A DNA stretch of 63,387 bases, the filler included, from Saprolegnia diclina VS20 (lineage: Eukaryota), in assembly GCF_000281045.1 (NCBI RefSeq). It is 6 parts of 4 records of this genome, joined end to end, with 100 filler letters (N's around TTAATTAATTAA, not from the genome) between each part and the next. Parts side by side here need not be neighbours in the genome. Positions count along the whole stretch, not along the records: positions 59,726 to 63,387 come from NW_008246131.1; 5 more parts are not named here. One strand, 5' to 3'. This document shows positions 60,021-63,387 of the stretch, piece after piece; the first letter of the stretch is position 1, and the number at the start of each line of letters is the position of its first letter. Both the position numbers and the translations under genes were made by a program. The notes beneath the pieces were generated by a model. The model was given only the letters and a program-made list of their open reading frames with translations. It was not told the origin of the DNA and made no database searches.

Positions 60021-60835
60021 CCTCCATCCAGACGATTCCCAACATGAAGGAGCGCGTCACTGTCGGCATTCGTGTGCACCGACGTCGTCGGCGACGACGT
60101 CCTAAATGTGCAGTGGGCACGATGAATGGCATGGGGGCCATCGCATAAGCTGTTCGACCACGGTCAAACCATCCGTTATGGTAAAACGTGGTTCATATAG
60201 TGAAAGATGATGTACTTGACTGGTCGATCCGGTTTGTCGGTCATGTAGATTCAGTCATCACGATATGTTCTCAAGGTCAGCAGTGCAAATGAATTCTTCC
60301 AGCCCGAGGTTTCCTAAAGACTATAGTACACACACGGAAGTTGCGCTAGCTTGCTCGTGTAATTTCTCGGGTTGGTTTTGCATTGTTAGCCTGGCAATAC
60401 GATTTCAGTAAAACGAATTTGTTGGTATCTCGGTTAGGCTGCGCGTCGGCGGTACAGCGTAGGGCCGTCACCAGCGGTTCAAACAAGAGCGCGTACAGCG
60501 TCGTGGGGAGTTCCAGTTCCAGGCACGGCTTGCTTGTTGTCGAGCAGAAAGGCTTTCACTAATACTACCTCGAATCCCCCTTTACGCGGTGGCCAGGCGC
60601 TCGATGGTAACGTTACCGCTATGCAGGACTTGTGATAGTGCTGCTTCTACCGACACAGACGCCTTGTCCAACGCACGAGCGCTGGTCCATGTGAGCCCTG
60701 CGTCGATCGTCGATACTAGTACTCAACATCTAAGCCTCAATCCGCCATGGTCGTGCGTAGATTGGACGCTGCTTGCCGACACACCAGGCCTAGCGCTGCA
60801 CATACACGTATACTAGTACGTAGATGGAGGCCGAC

Positions 60836-63032
60836 GGGTATGGGTTACTGTAGAGCGGCAAATGGTATACTATCGCGCGGCCCTGAAAATGGTATACTAT
60901 CGCGCGATTTTGGGGCTAATCTGGAGCAAAACGGTAGACTATCGCGCGGTTTTGGAGCTTTCTCAATTGAGAGCACAATCAACTAAAAAAACGAGTCGTT
61001 TGAGAATAATTGGTACAATATGGTGGGAACAGAAGACGCATAAGAAGGTATAAACGTGTGCAATTGAGATGACATGGGTTATTTTGGTTGCGGGAGACTA
61101 CTCTGTGTCGCCGATCGTCGGACTGTGGACACGCAAGCGCGACGAATCGACCTCGACGAAACTACGGGCGGAGTCCTCGATGAGTTCTGCGAGCTCTTGT
61201 ACCTCAAACCATAGCTCTTCGGCGTCCTCGAAGCGAACCATCCAGGAGTAAACCTCGCCCTTGCGTAAGCGGATGATCGTACCAAGCATGTAGTCCGACG
61301 TCTCGCGGCCGGTCTCGGTGTCGATGAACGAGAACTCCCGGTGGATGGTCCAGTTGTAGCAGTAACCTGGCTTGTCGACGAGGAGCGCGACCAAGTTGGC
61401 AACCGAGTAGAACGGGTTGAGGGTCCCGTCCGCAAAAGTTGAATGTTGCGGCTTGCGCTGGCCACCGGGGCGACGACGGGGAGCGACTTCGGCGAGTAGA
61501 GCCTGCATGTCGAGGTCGCACATGATGCTTTGGGCCGCGACCGAGTGCGAGCAAATCCAGCCCGTGGTGAACGAGCCCTTGCAGTCGCACTGGTACTTTT
61601 CGGCAACGAGATCGACCTACGATAATTTGTTGGTGTGTTTCTTCGACGCCAGAAGGTCGGGTTACCTGGGCCGGCGTCCAAATAACATGCGCATCGGCCC
61701 GCTCAACTTCAATGTCGGCGTTGATGCGGACGTGGTGCTTCGAGACAAAGTTGATCTCGAGCTCATCCACCGTCGTGATGCCGCCGAGGTCGCCGGCAAT
61801 GCTTCGCATGTACCTAACCGAAACGTGAACTAGTATGCAATAGATCACATCAAGCAAATGATCGTACGTGTCGACCCCTTCACGCGTGACCCTGGTAGGG
61901 TTGCGGGCGCTTGGACCAAACTGGTACTTGCTGGCATTCACCACGATTCACCGTAGAAGATGTCCGACTTGCCCTTGTACGTGCGGGTAGCGGCCCACTC
62001 GAGCAAAGCAGCGTAGGTGTTGACGCGGTAGCTCTCGGAAAGCGACTTTTTGAGCCAGGCCTGGTGGGCCTTGATCTGGTCTCGGCTCGGGAGGCTCGCG
62101 ATGAACCTGGGACGGTCCTTGTACGTCTTGCGCAACTGCTCGAGCACTTTATTCGGGCCCAAGCCACCGCGCAGAAGAGCAGCGACGATTGGCTTCACAG
62201 CCTTGGGCATCCCAATGCGCCGCTTCGCTGCAGGGGCAGTGGCCAACATGGAGCGCGCGGCCGCCATTGCACCCGGGAGGGCCAGTTGACCACGCCGAGC
62301 AATCGATCGATTGGAGCTGGTCGCGCGAGGAGCGGGTGCTTGATCTCCTTGGTCTCGGTGGTGGACAACGTCACCGCCCATGTTGATCGCGACAAGCCCG
62401 TGGTTGTCCCGGCTCTCGACAACGAAGCCATCATCGGGGCTCTTGTCCTTGACGATGCGGACACGGTGAGGGCAGTTGAGGTGCGAGACGCAGATAAACA
62501 TCGTGTGCGTGCCGCTCGAGTGCTTCCAGCGCAACTGGTAGCCGAGCTCGAAGGCTTGGTCGTGGACTCCTTGGAGGGCAAGTTCGCGCGACGCCCAGCG
62601 GGCCACGTAGACCCAATCCGCGGGTTCAACGTCGGGGCGCTCGTTGTCGTCGGCAAACTCGTGCGCTGCGTCGGGACGCTCGTTGTCGACGGGGCGCTCG
62701 TTGTCGACGGGGCACTCAGAGGTTGGCTGCTGCATCCGACCATAGCAGCAACTTGTCGGGGTTTGGACGTCCTGTCCAATGGTTTGAGCTCCGAGGCCCC
62801 GCAAAGCTGAGGCTGTGGTGCAGCTGATGAATATCCTTCGTCGCATGTCACCGCATTACGCAACAGCCCTTTGCACCAAACAGCCGGAAAACCATGGGTA
62901 TACCACGTGGAATTATTTGGATATGATTCAATTGAGTTGCGTTGAGTTTGCCTCCAAAAATCGCGCGATAGTATACCATTTTCAGGGCCGCGCGATAGTA
63001 TACCATTTGCCGCTCTAGAGTAACCCATACCC
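60836..63032 (-). mobile_element. Non-autonomous Mutator/MULE DNA transposon, 2197 bp, ~80-bp TIRs, 9-bp TSD GAGGCCGAC
   Basis: TIR GGGTATGGGTTACT(G/C)TAGAGCGGCAAATGGTATACTATCGCGCGGCCCTGAAAATGGTATACTATCGCGCGATTTT at both ends; TSD at 60827-60835 and 63033-63041. Internal minus-strand pieces include FICVSHLNCPHRVRI and a SWIM finger YQCDCKGSFTTGWICSH (~61540-61595). Confidence 0.9.
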
Positions 63033-63387
63033 GAGGCCGACGTACATCGGCAGCCAGCACTCCTTGCCCCTTCCGGCGCACGCGCTTCTCCTACCTGCTC
63101 TTTCAGCCACGCTCCTCCGAGCGGCCTCCGCTTCTCTGTTCATGCGCCAAGCGTTCTCTTCCGTGCGCTGCATTTTCACTCCCGCTCTAAGCGGCCTGGT
63201 GCGCGCTTTCAACCAATCCGTAGCGATAGCGATAGCTATAGATGCAACTCCCATTGGAGCACATCATTTAGCACACCGCAAAGATATGAGAAAGGTCAGT
63301 TATAACGCGGTTAGCTATAGCTATAGCGGTGGTGCGGTGGAGATGCTCGAAGAATATTGCTTGCTCAACCTTTCGGAGAACCCTCTA

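Overview
This is eukaryotic, GC-rich, gene-dense DNA with short (about 45-70 nt) GT-AG introns and INR/FPR-like core promoters. It is most consistent with an oomycete (Saprolegniales-like) draft scaffold; that assignment is inference. Several N-gaps carry the artificial TTAATTAATTAA linker. Housekeeping genes: a UT-family urea transporter (absent from the ORF track because it runs off the left edge), a TPR + cyclic-nucleotide-binding protein, a choline-transporter-like protein, a mucin-like membrane protein, a POP-type organellar DNA polymerase I, SEC11 plus a tandem pseudogene, a nucleoredoxin, a CCX/NCLX exchanger, an ACSS3/PrpE-like ligase, an LRR protein and a carnitine acyltransferase ending in a PTS1. 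The standout is an uninterrupted 2120-aa GVIN1/VLIG-like very large GTPase with an N-terminal MACPF-like signature. It lies between a gypsy gag remnant and an ~8 kb zone of gene fragments, foldback palindromes and a dispersed repeat. Also present: four members of a degenerate 2OG-Fe(II) oxygenase-like family, a complete-ended non-autonomous MULE (9-bp TSD), a pogo-like remnant, and an array of GNA mini-hairpins beside a probable transposon-derived Cys-rich gene. All family assignments are from motif recognition by eye; no database search was run.
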